A stretch of DNA of 64,000 nt from Candidatus Brocadiia bacterium. Its GTDB lineage: Bacteria; Planctomycetota; Brocadiia; CAIUPP01. Positions 26,867-35,982 of this stretch are shown here, piece after piece. The stretch lies in contig JBEKCB010000002.1 of NCBI GenBank assembly GCA_050015075.1, positions 128,001 to 192,000 of the forward strand. Reading direction: 5' to 3'. Position numbers and translations under genes: made by a program. Position 1 is the stretch's first letter. Every line of letters begins with the position of its first letter. Below the pieces are notes generated by a model. That model was not told the origin of the DNA. It saw nothing but the letters and a program-made list of their open reading frames with translations, and did not search any database.

Positions 26867-28444
26867 GTGCGGCTGGGGATTGACTACGGCACGACGAACA
26901 CGGTGGTGGTGTGCAGCGACCGCGGCCGCTATCCGGTGGTGCTCCACATGACGGAGACGGCGATCGGCCCCGTTGCGCGGGAGGTGTTCCCGTCGGCGGT
27001 CGTCTACGACCGGCAAACCGGCCGGCTGATTTTCGGCGCCGACGTGGAGCGATGCCTTTGCCGGCCCGGCGCGGAGGAGCAGTACGCGCTCATCGAATCG
27101 CCCAAGCGGCTGATGCGCGACTACGCCGAGGGCCTGCGGTTCCGCCGCGACATCCGGCCCGAGGGGTTCGACGCGATGACGATCGTCGGCGAGTTCGCGC
27201 AGGCGCTGCGCGAATCGGTCCTCCGTTCGGGCCTCTTTCCGGAGAACGAGCCGCTCGAGACGGTCATCACCTGGCCGACCAACGCGAACGGCGCGCAGCG
27301 CTACGTGACGCGGCAGTGCTTCAAGAAGGCCGGCTTCGACGTGCTGGACGCGCTCAACGAGCCGAGCGCGGCGGCCATCGAGTTCGCGGACCGGATGAAC
27401 CGGGGCAACCGCATCCTCGCGCGGCGGTTCACGGCGTCGGCGGCCATCTTCGACCTCGGCGGCGGCACGTTCGACGCCGCGCTCGTCCAGATCGCCGAGG
27501 GCAATTTCCGCGTCGTGGCCTCCGGCGGCGTCGAGCGGCTGGGCGGAGACGATTTCGACGAGATCCTCGCGCGGCGCTTTGCGCGAGAATTCGGCACGAC
27601 GCTCGAGGAGCTGCCGCCCTTCCCGCGGTCCCTGCTGCTGATGCGGGCCCGGCAGATCAAGGAGAACATCAGCTCCGGCGCCGGCCGCTGGCTGACCCTG
27701 TCGGCGGAAGACGCCGGGTTGAGCGGCGGGATCGCGCGGGTGCCCGTGGCGGAATATTTTGCGGACCTCTCCGTGCTGCTGGAGCCGGCCCTGGAGAAAC
27801 TGCACGGGCTCATCAACGGCGAAGCGGCGCGCCAGGCCGGGATCACGACGGAGACTCTCGTCGGCATCTACCTCGTCGGCGGCTCGTCCAAGCTGCCGCT
27901 CGTTCCCCACATGATCGCGCGCCGGTTCCCGGGCGTGCGATTGATCGTCAGCGACAAGCCGTTCAGCTCCACGGCCACCGGGGCGGCGATCCATGGCGCG
28001 GAGTCCGTCCGGTTGCAGGATATTCTCTCGCGCAATTTCGGCGTCATGCGCCTGGCGGACTACGGGCGGCGGGAATACTTCGCGCCGGTTTTCAAAGCCG
28101 GCATGCCGCTCCCGCAGCGCGGCGCGGCCGCGCTCCGCTCGCAGGTGCGCTATGCGCCCCGCCACAACATCGGCCACTTGCGCTACCTGGAATGCGCCGG
28201 GCTGGACTCGGCCGGGCGGCCGTCGGAGGGCGTCCGGGCGTGGTCGGAACTGCTTTTCCCGTACGACCCGGCGATCCCGATCGCCCAGCACCTTGAGCCG
28301 GGCATGGTCCGCGACCGGGAGGATCTGCACGACAAGTGGGTCTGCGAGACCTATTCCTGCGATTCCGACGGCGTCATCACCGTCTCCATCCAGCGCTTGT
28401 GCGACGACCAGTCGCGCACCTATGAGGTCTTCCAGAGCCAGTGA
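26867..28444 (+). CDS. Atypical Hsp70-family protein
   Basis: GIDYGTTNT, LNEPSAAA, FDLGGGTFD, LGGDDFD and LVGGSSKLP. About 525 aa with no DnaK lid. GTG start after GGAGG. Confidence 0.88.
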   Translation: MRLGIDYGTTNTVVVCSDRGRYPVVLHMTETAIGPVAREVFPSAVVYDRQTGRLIFGADVERCLCRPGAEEQYALIESPKRLMRDYAEGLRFRRDIRPEGFDAMTIVGEFAQALRESVLRSGLFPENEPLETVITWPTNANGAQRYVTRQCFKKAGFDVLDALNEPSAAAIEFADRMNRGNRILARRFTASAAIFDLGGGTFDAALVQIAEGNFRVVASGGVERLGGDDFDEILARRFAREFGTTLEELPPFPRSLLLMRARQIKENISSGAGRWLTLSAEDAGLSGGIARVPVAEYFADLSVLLEPALEKLHGLINGEAARQAGITTETLVGIYLVGGSSKLPLVPHMIARRFPGVRLIVSDKPFSSTATGAAIHGAESVRLQDILSRNFGVMRLADYGRREYFAPVFKAGMPLPQRGAAALRSQVRYAPRHNIGHLRYLECAGLDSAGRPSEGVRAWSELLFPYDPAIPIAQHLEPGMVRDREDLHDKWVCETYSCDSDGVITVSIQRLCDDQSRTYEVFQSQ

Positions 28445-28491
28445 GGCTGCGGCCGTCAGTTTCTGATGCCGGCCATTTAAGGAGGCGACAC

Positions 28492-29943
28492 GTGGGACAG
28501 ACATGCAGGAACTACATCGGCGGCAAGTGGGTGGCGTCTGCGTCGAAGGAGGTCAACAAGCTGACGAACCCGGCGACCGGGGAATCGCTGGGCGAGGTGG
28601 CGATGTCCACGGCCGACGAGGTCCGCTCGGCGATCGGCGCGGCTCACAAGGCGTTTCCGGAGTGGCGCCGCGTTCCGCCGCTGACCCGCGCGCGCTACCT
28701 GCTGCGGCTGCGCGACAAGCTGGAGGAGGAGTTCGACGATTTCGCCGCCGTGGTCACGCGCGAGCACGGCAAGGCGATTGACGAATCGCGCGGCGAGGTC
28801 CGGCGCGCTATCGAGATGCTCGAGGTGGCCGCGGGAATTCCCTCCCTGATGCAGGGCTACAACTCTGAGGACATCGCGCCGGGCATTGACGAGTACGCCA
28901 TCTGGCAGCCGCTCGGCGTGTTCGCCTGTCTCGCGCCCTTCAACTTTCCGGCCATGGTGCCGTTCTGGTTCTTCCCCTTCGCCATCGCCACCGGCAACAC
29001 CTACGTGGTCAAACCGTCTCCTATCGTGCCGCTCACCATGCAGAAAGCCTTCGAGCTCATTGAGGATATTGACCTCCCGCCCGGCGTCCTGAACCTGGTG
29101 AACGGCGGCCCGGACGCCGCGAACGTCCTCATGGGCAGCCGCGAGGTCATCGGCATATCGTTCGTCGGCTCCTCCGCGATCGCCCGCATCGTCTACAAGA
29201 CCGCCGCCGCGGCGGGGCAGCGCGTCCAGGCGCAGGGCGGCGCGAAGAATTTCCTGACCGTCATGCCCGACGCGAACCTCGACAAGGCGATCCCCAACAT
29301 CATGACCTCTGTCTACGGCTGCACCGGCCAGCGCTGCCTCTCCGGCAGCGTGGTGCTCGCCGTCGGGGACACTTACGCCGAGCTGAAGCGGCGCATGGTC
29401 GAGGCGGCGTCGCGGCTCAAGGTGGGCAACGGGATGGACGAAAGCATCGAGATGGGCCCGCTCACGACGCCCGCCAAGAAGAAGAGCGTCCTGGACTGGA
29501 TCGCCGTCGGCGAGTCGGAAGGCGCGAAGCTGGTCCTCGACGGCCGGAAACTGAAGGTCGCCGGCCTGCCCGATAGCTGCTTCATCGGCCCCTCCATTTT
29601 CGATGAGGTGAAGCCGAACATGAAGATCGCGCAGGAGGAGATTTTCGGCCCGGTCGCCGCGCTGGTCCGCGTCAAGAACCTGGAGGAGGCGATGGCCACG
29701 GTGAACGCCAGCCGTTACGGCAACGCCTCGACGATTTACACCAGCTCCGGCGGCGCGGCGCGGGAATACCGCTACGGCGTGAACTGCGGCAACATCGGCG
29801 TCAACGTCGGCATCGTCGCGCCGATGGCGTTCTTCCCCTTCGGCGGGCGCAAGGAGTCGTTCTTCGGTGATCTCCATGGCCAGGGAAAGGACTCCATCCA
29901 GTTCTTCACCGATCGGAAAGTGGTCATCGAGAGGTGGATGTAG
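28492..29943 (+). CDS. mmsA: CoA-acylating (methyl)malonate-semialdehyde dehydrogenase
   Basis: PFNFPAMVPFW, ISFVGSS, RVQAQGGAKN, GQRCL, EEIFGPV and FFGDLHGQGKDSIQFFT. Confidence 0.88.
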   Translation: MGQTCRNYIGGKWVASASKEVNKLTNPATGESLGEVAMSTADEVRSAIGAAHKAFPEWRRVPPLTRARYLLRLRDKLEEEFDDFAAVVTREHGKAIDESRGEVRRAIEMLEVAAGIPSLMQGYNSEDIAPGIDEYAIWQPLGVFACLAPFNFPAMVPFWFFPFAIATGNTYVVKPSPIVPLTMQKAFELIEDIDLPPGVLNLVNGGPDAANVLMGSREVIGISFVGSSAIARIVYKTAAAAGQRVQAQGGAKNFLTVMPDANLDKAIPNIMTSVYGCTGQRCLSGSVVLAVGDTYAELKRRMVEAASRLKVGNGMDESIEMGPLTTPAKKKSVLDWIAVGESEGAKLVLDGRKLKVAGLPDSCFIGPSIFDEVKPNMKIAQEEIFGPVAALVRVKNLEEAMATVNASRYGNASTIYTSSGGAAREYRYGVNCGNIGVNVGIVAPMAFFPFGGRKESFFGDLHGQGKDSIQFFTDRKVVIERWM

Positions 29944-29956
29944 GTGGAGCTGAACC

Positions 29957-30013
29957 GCTTGTAGTGGCGCCGTCAGGCGCTGCGTCGTACGCCCTGACGG
30001 GCACACTACGAGC
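29957..30013 (+). repeat. GTAG-type REP doublet, copy 3
   Basis: GCTTGTAGTGGCGCCGTCAGGCGCTGCGTCGTACGCCCTGACGGGCACACTACGAGC. Confidence 0.92.
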
Positions 30014-30086
30014 AGCCAGAGCGCGCAGCGTACTGCGCGCGACATGACGCTGGCTGAAATGATGTTTTTGGGAGTAGATCAGCAGG

Positions 30087-30470
30087 ATGGAGCTCAACAA
30101 GTTCGGCGTCATCCTGAAGTTCGCCCTGGACATGGAGGAGCGCGCCGCGGAGTTCTACGAGGCCGCGGGGAACGCGGCCCCGTCGCTCGAGCGCAAATCC
30201 GCCGGCCAGGAAGCCCGCAAGAACATCGCGCGCCTTCAGCGGATGCGCCGCGAGCTTGTCAACGAAATGCTCCTGGAGCCCATCACCGGCTTCGACTATC
30301 CGCTCCCGCCGCCGCCGCCGAAGCCGGGCGCGGACCCGGCGGAGATCGCCGGGCACGAGGAAGCCCTGCGGACATTCCGTCGGAATTTCTATCGGACGGC
30401 GGCCCAGAAAATCGAGATCGTATCGCCGGCGGTCAGCCAGGTGTTCAACAAAATGGCTGACGCGCCTTGA
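30087..30470 (+). CDS. Small ferritin-like/rubrerythrin-fold protein
   Basis: ILKFALDMEERAAEFYE and a second half EEALRTFRRNFY. Helical, with several iron-ligand positions degenerate. Confidence 0.65.
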   Translation: MELNKFGVILKFALDMEERAAEFYEAAGNAAPSLERKSAGQEARKNIARLQRMRRELVNEMLLEPITGFDYPLPPPPPKPGADPAEIAGHEEALRTFRRNFYRTAAQKIEIVSPAVSQVFNKMADAP

Positions 30471-30471
30471 G

Positions 30472-30530
30472 CGCTTGTAGTGGCGCCGTCAGGCGCTACT
30501 TCGTATGCCCTTACGGGCACACTACGAGCG
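30472..30530 (+). repeat. GTAG-type REP doublet, copy 4
   Basis: CGCTTGTAGTGGCGCCGTCAGGCGCTACTTCGTATGCCCTTACGGGCACACTACGAGCG, starting 1 nt after the stop codon. Confidence 0.92.
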
Positions 30531-30565
30531 AACGGTTTTGCGCGAAGCTTGTTAGGAGAGAGGCC

Positions 30566-31729
30566 ATGGCAGCTTTGCCGCGATTCAACACGCCGCCGCA
30601 GGTGATCATCGGAGCCGGCGCAAGCGATCTCGTGGGCGAAGAGGCCAAGCGGCTGAAGGCCCGCCGGGTGCTGCTCGTCACCGAGCCGGGCATCGTTCGA
30701 ATGGGCGTGGCCGACCAGGTCCTCAGCTCGCTCTCCAAGGCGGGCGTCGCCGCCGCGACCTACGACAAAGTCCAGCCCGATCCCACCGACGCCAACGTCG
30801 CGGAAGGGCTGGAGATCTTCCGGCGCGAGGGCTGCTCCGTCGTCGTCGGTGTCGGCGGCGGAAGCCCGACAGACGCCGCCAAGTCCATCGCCGTCATGAG
30901 CGCCAATCCCGGCGCCATCGCCGACTACATGGGCTATCACAAAGTGCCGAACTCCGGCGCGCCCGTCATCGCCATCCCGACCACCGCCGGCACCGGCAGC
31001 GAAGTCACCAAGGTCGTCGTCATCGGCGACACGAAACGCGACATCAAGATGATGTGCCTCGACCTCCATTTCCTCGCCGCGGCCGCGCTGGTGGACTACA
31101 AGCTCACGATGTCCATGCCCAAGGCGCTGACGGCGAACGTGGGGCTCGACTCGCTCGTGCACGCCGTGGAGGCGTACATCTCGCGCAAGGCCCATCCGCT
31201 CACGGACGTGCTCGCGCTCGCCGCGATCCGGAAGATCAGCCGGAACATCCGCACCGCCTGGGCGGAGCCGGGCAACGAATCCGCGCGCGAGGCGATGATG
31301 CTGGGAGCAACGATGGGCGGCATGGCCTTCAGCAACTCCTCCGTAGCGCTCGTCCACGGCATGAGCCGTCCGCTGGGCGCGCTCTTCCACCTGCACCACG
31401 GCCTGAGCAATGCCGTCCTCATCCCGGCCGTCATGTCGTACAACGCGCCGGCGTGCGCCGCGCGGTTCGCCGACATCGCGCGCGCCATGGGATTGGACGT
31501 AACGGGCCTGGATGCCGCCGAAGCGGCGCAGCGCGCCGTCGCCGCTCTCGTAAAGCTCAATGCGGACCTGCAAGTGCCCCGCCTGCGCGACTGCAACATC
31601 CCGCGCGACGCCCTGGAGAAAGCCCTTCCCAAGATGGCCGCCGACGCCCTGGCCAGCGGCAGCCCCGCGAACAACCCGCGCGTGCCGACGGCTGAGGAGA
31701 TCGTCGAGCTATACCGTCAAGCCTACTGA
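30566..31729 (+). CDS. Iron-containing alcohol dehydrogenase
   Basis: GGGSPTDAAK, IPTTAGTGSEVT, DSLVHAVE, LVHGMS, HHGLSNA and NNPR. Confidence 0.93.
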   Translation: MAALPRFNTPPQVIIGAGASDLVGEEAKRLKARRVLLVTEPGIVRMGVADQVLSSLSKAGVAAATYDKVQPDPTDANVAEGLEIFRREGCSVVVGVGGGSPTDAAKSIAVMSANPGAIADYMGYHKVPNSGAPVIAIPTTAGTGSEVTKVVVIGDTKRDIKMMCLDLHFLAAAALVDYKLTMSMPKALTANVGLDSLVHAVEAYISRKAHPLTDVLALAAIRKISRNIRTAWAEPGNESAREAMMLGATMGGMAFSNSSVALVHGMSRPLGALFHLHHGLSNAVLIPAVMSYNAPACAARFADIARAMGLDVTGLDAAEAAQRAVAALVKLNADLQVPRLRDCNIPRDALEKALPKMAADALASGSPANNPRVPTAEEIVELYRQAY

Positions 31730-31777
31730 CCGGCGGCCGGCGAGGGAACGGCCGCGGCAGAATGATGCGCGACCAGC

Positions 31778-33049
31778 GTGGAAGGACAGACAGTGTACAC
31801 CACTGGCGCAGACATCTACCTGGTCATCGCCGTCGCCTGCTGCGTCGCGGTGTATTTCATTTACCTTTTCTCGCTGCGATACCTTCCCAAAACGGCGCTC
31901 TTCGGAATCGAGTATCCACGCTGGCTCGTGAAAACCATCGGCCGAAGCGCCGCAGTGGTCTTTCGCCATCCATGGATTTGGGTGCCCGCCCTCGCGTTCT
32001 TTGTCATTAACTGCTCTTACGAACTTTACACGACGCGTGCGTTTCTCAGCGGCTGGAGCTATACAGCGCCAATGGCGGACTATACGGCATTTCTTCCAAG
32101 TTTCAGTGATTTCGGGATGCTCGTATGCCGTGATTTCGAAAAGGTGCGCGCCCACGTTCCGGTGGGCGTGGGCCTGGCGTGGGCGCTGCTTTACGCAGGA
32201 TGTTTTCTTCTCTCTGGTCGCGTCGGTGCCCTGCTGCGATCCGAGTCCGGACTGGATGCCCGCAGTGCCCGCCGCTGGCATGTGGTTTTCGTAACCGGCG
32301 CATGCGCCGGCATCATCCGGCAAAGTAGCGCTGTGTGGAAATGGTACCGTTTATCCCACCTAGCAAATAGAATTTACATCCTCAGTACCCCCTTTGTTGA
32401 CCTTGCCGCAGTGCCCATTATCGCACTGAGTGTCGCATTCTACCTCACGATCATCGTTCGGAGCGTCCGCAAAGAGCCTCTAGTGAGAGGCGAAGTCTTG
32501 AAGTCAACATTTCACACGGCCTGGCCGCTTGCCTTACTCTATTCGGTCACGCCGATCATCTATCTCCTGCTGGAATGCGTGTCGGTAGTGCTTGCTCTGA
32601 CACATAACAGTCAGCCCTCAGTTTTGTACGCATGGGTAGGGTGGATGGTGACGCCCATTGCTGAGACGACGATTTCAGCCTTCCAATTAGTGAGAGCACT
32701 GGTCCCCGTGATAATCGTGAGCGACCAATGCGGCCTCTTGAGGGCATTCGGGCGTCTCGGGCTTTTCCTGTGGCGCTATGTTTGGCGCTACGCGGCCTTC
32801 GTCCTTTGCGGCGCACTGCTTTTCAGCCTGGCAACGACCCTGGATTCTACGGGTAAGGCCGTTGGCCTGAAAAGCGGCATTCTGCCAATCTATGTTGGAT
32901 TTGAGGTGCTAGGACTTGCGGCGCGCTGGGCTACGAGTGTGGTGGTGAGCGTGCTGTGCTTTAAGTTCTACCTCGCAGACGCCGGAAACGACGAGGAGGT
33001 CGCGGATAAAACGGACGCTCCGGAGGTTCAGTCGCGGACAGATGAATAG
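31778..33049 (+). CDS. Hypothetical polytopic membrane protein with lower GC
   Basis: 423-aa ORF with many hydrophobic segments and atypical codon usage. Confidence 0.65.
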   Translation: MEGQTVYTTGADIYLVIAVACCVAVYFIYLFSLRYLPKTALFGIEYPRWLVKTIGRSAAVVFRHPWIWVPALAFFVINCSYELYTTRAFLSGWSYTAPMADYTAFLPSFSDFGMLVCRDFEKVRAHVPVGVGLAWALLYAGCFLLSGRVGALLRSESGLDARSARRWHVVFVTGACAGIIRQSSAVWKWYRLSHLANRIYILSTPFVDLAAVPIIALSVAFYLTIIVRSVRKEPLVRGEVLKSTFHTAWPLALLYSVTPIIYLLLECVSVVLALTHNSQPSVLYAWVGWMVTPIAETTISAFQLVRALVPVIIVSDQCGLLRAFGRLGLFLWRYVWRYAAFVLCGALLFSLATTLDSTGKAVGLKSGILPIYVGFEVLGLAARWATSVVVSVLCFKFYLADAGNDEEVADKTDAPEVQSRTDE

Positions 33050-33098
33050 CGTCCGAAGCTTGCCGGTTGGATAGTCAAGCGACCGATGTGAATCTGCA

Positions 33099-33974
33099 TC
33101 AGAACAGCGGATTCAACGTCTTCGCCAGGGACTTCAGCTCCGCCTGCTCTTCCTTGGTGATCGGCTCGTACTTCAGGGCGGACTCGATCGCCAGGCGCAT
33201 CAGGGCTTCCTCGCCGGGGGTTACGGCGGCGGTGATCGGAAGGCTGAGCGTGAACTTTACGGCCAGCTCGGCCTCGCGCGCGTCGGAGATCGGCTGGTAC
33301 CAGCATTTCCGGAACGCCGACTTTTCCCGTTCGCCCTCCGGCCACTTCTGGCGCGCGAGCATCTTCAGCGCCAGGACCGACGCGCCCTTCGCGCGCGCTT
33401 TCTCGATCACCGCCGGGCCGAACTGGTTCCGGTGCCAGGCGGCGAAGTTGAGCGGGAAGAGGACGGAATCGAAGTCGTACCGGTCCAGCGCCGCCAGCGC
33501 CGCCTCGGTGGTGTGGGCCGAGAAGCCGATGTGCCGCACCTGCCCGGCCTCCTTGGCCTTGATGAGCCACGGCATGATGCCGCTCCTGGCGAAGGACGCG
33601 TCCACGTCCTTCTTGGCGTCGCAGAGGCCGTGGAGCTGGAAGAGGTCGAAATGATCCGTGCGCAGGCGTTTCAGCGACCGCTTGAATTCCGCTTCCGCCT
33701 TCGCCCGCGCGTGCTCGCCGCTTTTGCAGGCGAGGAAGGCGTCCTTGCGGTAAGGCTCCAGCGCCGGGCCGAGCTGCACTTCCGCGTCGCCGTAGGAGGG
33801 CGCGACGTCGAAGTAGTTGACGCCGCGTTCCACCGCCCAGGCGACGGCGCGGTTCGCTTTGCCTTGCTCAGTCTCCATCACGACGATACCGCCGAAGCCG
33901 ATGACTGAAAGTTTGATCCCGTCCCTGCCGTAGGCGCGGCGCGGCAGTGTGGCGGCGTTGCTTTTCTTGCTCAT
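33099..33974 (-). CDS. Aldo/keto reductase
   Basis: LSVIGFGG, NYFDVAPSYG, SLKRLRTDHFDLFQLH and HIGFSAH. Confidence 0.92.
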   Translation of the reverse strand: MSKKSNAATLPRRAYGRDGIKLSVIGFGGIVVMETEQGKANRAVAWAVERGVNYFDVAPSYGDAEVQLGPALEPYRKDAFLACKSGEHARAKAEAEFKRSLKRLRTDHFDLFQLHGLCDAKKDVDASFARSGIMPWLIKAKEAGQVRHIGFSAHTTEAALAALDRYDFDSVLFPLNFAAWHRNQFGPAVIEKARAKGASVLALKMLARQKWPEGEREKSAFRKCWYQPISDAREAELAVKFTLSLPITAAVTPGEEALMRLAIESALKYEPITKEEQAELKSLAKTLNPLF

Positions 33975-34058
33975 GGAATCCCTCCGGTAGCGCTCCCCAA
34001 AAGCGAACGAGACGAACTGACCTTCACCCTATCACCCGTTATCGGCCGAGTCAAGACT

Positions 34059-34116
34059 GCTTGTAGTGGCGCCGTCAGGCGCTGCTCTGTATGCCCTGAC
34101 GGGTACACTACGAGCG
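34059..34116 (+). repeat. GTAG-type REP doublet, copy 5
   Basis: GCTTGTAGTGGCGCCGTCAGGCGCTGCTCTGTATGCCCTGACGGGTACACTACGAGCG. Confidence 0.92.
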
Positions 34117-34119
34117 GCG

Positions 34120-35616
34120 CTAGTGAGTCCCGCCCATCTTGGCGAGGTATTGGCGGATCGTTTCCAGCCGCGCGGGGTCAATCGGTTCCTTCTGCGCGGA
34201 GGAGATGACGGAGTGCAATCGCTGCTGCGCCATCTGGATGCGGTTGGGTCTCTCCGGCTTGAGCAGCCAGTACCTGTACGCCGCCAGGGCGCGCCAGTAC
34301 AAAGGCTCTTCGGCATGGTGGTACTCGATGACCACGGCATCGAGGAGCGGCAGCGCCCAGGTATAGTGTTCCACCTTCTCCTTCATCAGGATCGCCGCCG
34401 CGACGGTATAGTAGGCCTTGCCCCAGCGTCCGATATACCACTCGTCATTCTTGTCATGCGACGAGCCGCGGCGGCATTTCTCCGTGAAGCGCGGGACGAC
34501 TTTCTGCGCCAGGGCTTCGGCCGGGGCCGTTCGCCCCGCCTCGGCGAGCGCGGCCAGGGTGAAGGCCAGCGTAATCATCCGCGGGTCGGTCCCCACCAGC
34601 GCGGAGAACTGCCCTTCCTCTCTCCGATAGTACTTGTCGCAACTGTCGTTCAGCGGAATGGAGTTCATATCGAGCCCGCCGAACGTCCCGCAGAGAAGGG
34701 CATCATTATACTGGGTGAGAAGGTCCGTGACGTCCGCGGCGAACACGCGCGAGCTAACCGGGGCCGCAAGGACGGCGGACACCCCGCCTTCCGCATCCTC
34801 CACCTGCCGGGCGCCGGTCCTGCACGCATAGATCCGCTGCAGCAAGGCCAGTTCCCGGGGACTCCGCAATACCCGCTTCGACGTGGTAGGCCCTACCACT
34901 CCAGTCGCGGCCTTGGCGCTCAGGTCCCCTGACCGGACGCCGAAGTACATCAGCTCGACCTCTTGCCGGTTCCATCCGAAGGTATACAGCCGCTCGCGGA
35001 AAACCATGGAGATGCCGTCGGCGGAAACCTTGGGCAGGCTGGGACGAGGCGCGTCCTTCCGTACGGTGCCGATGAAGTTGAGCTGGACGGGACGCCCGTC
35101 CATGGGCGATTTTTCAATCCGAAGCTCCTGCAGCGGTATGGAACCGTGCTCGCTCGACCAGGCCGTCAGATTGGTGGGCAGCACGAGGCCGGTCAGGCAC
35201 AGGCAGCCGCGGTCTCTCCGGACCGGATGCAGCAACACGCAGAGTCCCCTGCCGTTCGGGAATACGGACTCCTCGACGAACACGTCGAACTTGCCCTGGT
35301 AGTCGCGGGCGAAGTCAACGACCTCCGCGGGCGACATGACGAACACGCCCCAGACTTTGCCGGCGTCTATCTTCCGCTGTTGCGGAGTGTGATGTTTTTC
35401 GGCGAGGAATTCCGCGAAATACTCCAGGTGTCCCGATTCGATGGCGGACAGCGGCGACATCACCTCCGCGGGCGCGGTTTGGGAAATCACCGATTCCAGT
35501 TTGGCCGGCACCTCCACCATCTGCCGGCAGCCCGAGCAGCGGCGGCCCTTCATTCCCAGCTCATCATGGACGAGGAGAGTCCGCCCGCAATGTGGGCACT
35601 TGAACGTGACTGGCAT
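34120..35616 (-). CDS. Hypothetical protein with N-terminal zinc ribbon and TPR-like C-terminus
   Basis: MPVTFKCPHCG...CSGCRQMVEVP, with a helical C-terminal region. Confidence 0.7.
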   Translation of the reverse strand: MPVTFKCPHCGRTLLVHDELGMKGRRCSGCRQMVEVPAKLESVISQTAPAEVMSPLSAIESGHLEYFAEFLAEKHHTPQQRKIDAGKVWGVFVMSPAEVVDFARDYQGKFDVFVEESVFPNGRGLCVLLHPVRRDRGCLCLTGLVLPTNLTAWSSEHGSIPLQELRIEKSPMDGRPVQLNFIGTVRKDAPRPSLPKVSADGISMVFRERLYTFGWNRQEVELMYFGVRSGDLSAKAATGVVGPTTSKRVLRSPRELALLQRIYACRTGARQVEDAEGGVSAVLAAPVSSRVFAADVTDLLTQYNDALLCGTFGGLDMNSIPLNDSCDKYYRREEGQFSALVGTDPRMITLAFTLAALAEAGRTAPAEALAQKVVPRFTEKCRRGSSHDKNDEWYIGRWGKAYYTVAAAILMKEKVEHYTWALPLLDAVVIEYHHAEEPLYWRALAAYRYWLLKPERPNRIQMAQQRLHSVISSAQKEPIDPARLETIRQYLAKMGGTH

Positions 35617-35751
35617 GTCAATCTCCGCGCGGACCGTACACAGGGACTCCTTGCGCCACGCAGGAACTGAACCGAATTCCTGCGCCGCTTGCGCTGCCCG
35701 GAATCTGTTACGTGGTCATCCGGCAAGAGACGGTTGTCTTTCCTGAGTGAA

Positions 35752-35851
35752 ATTATACACCTGAAGCAGCCGCCGTCAAGCATTTACTGAGGCATGTTCT
35801 GAAGTTCCCGCCGGCGCGTCATTTGACGGAAGCGGTCCCGGCCGTCACAAT
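35752..35851. promoter_or_regulatory. Back-to-back divergent sigma70 promoters
   Basis: Minus strand TTGACG(35779-35774)-16 bp-TATAAT. Plus strand TTGACG(35823-35828)-17 bp-CACAAT. Confidence 0.65.
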
Positions 35852-35982
35852 GTGGTACTGAATGCCCGGCTGCCGCGTGAACGATTGCCCGCCGGCTTGC
35901 CTGCCGTCTGTGCGGCAGGCGGTGTGGAGGCCGGCCATAGGGCGGAGTTCGGATTGATGCTCAATCGCACAGGGAGACATAG

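Noticed and set aside
26242-31729. Bacterial microcompartment locus
   Set aside because: No BMC-H/BMC-P shell genes or clear encapsulation peptides were seen.
2084-34116. Repeated 57-bp element as a CRISPR repeat or tRNA-like gene
   Set aside because: The copies are dispersed rather than arrayed with spacers, no cas genes are present, and there is no T-loop (GTTCRA) or CCA end.
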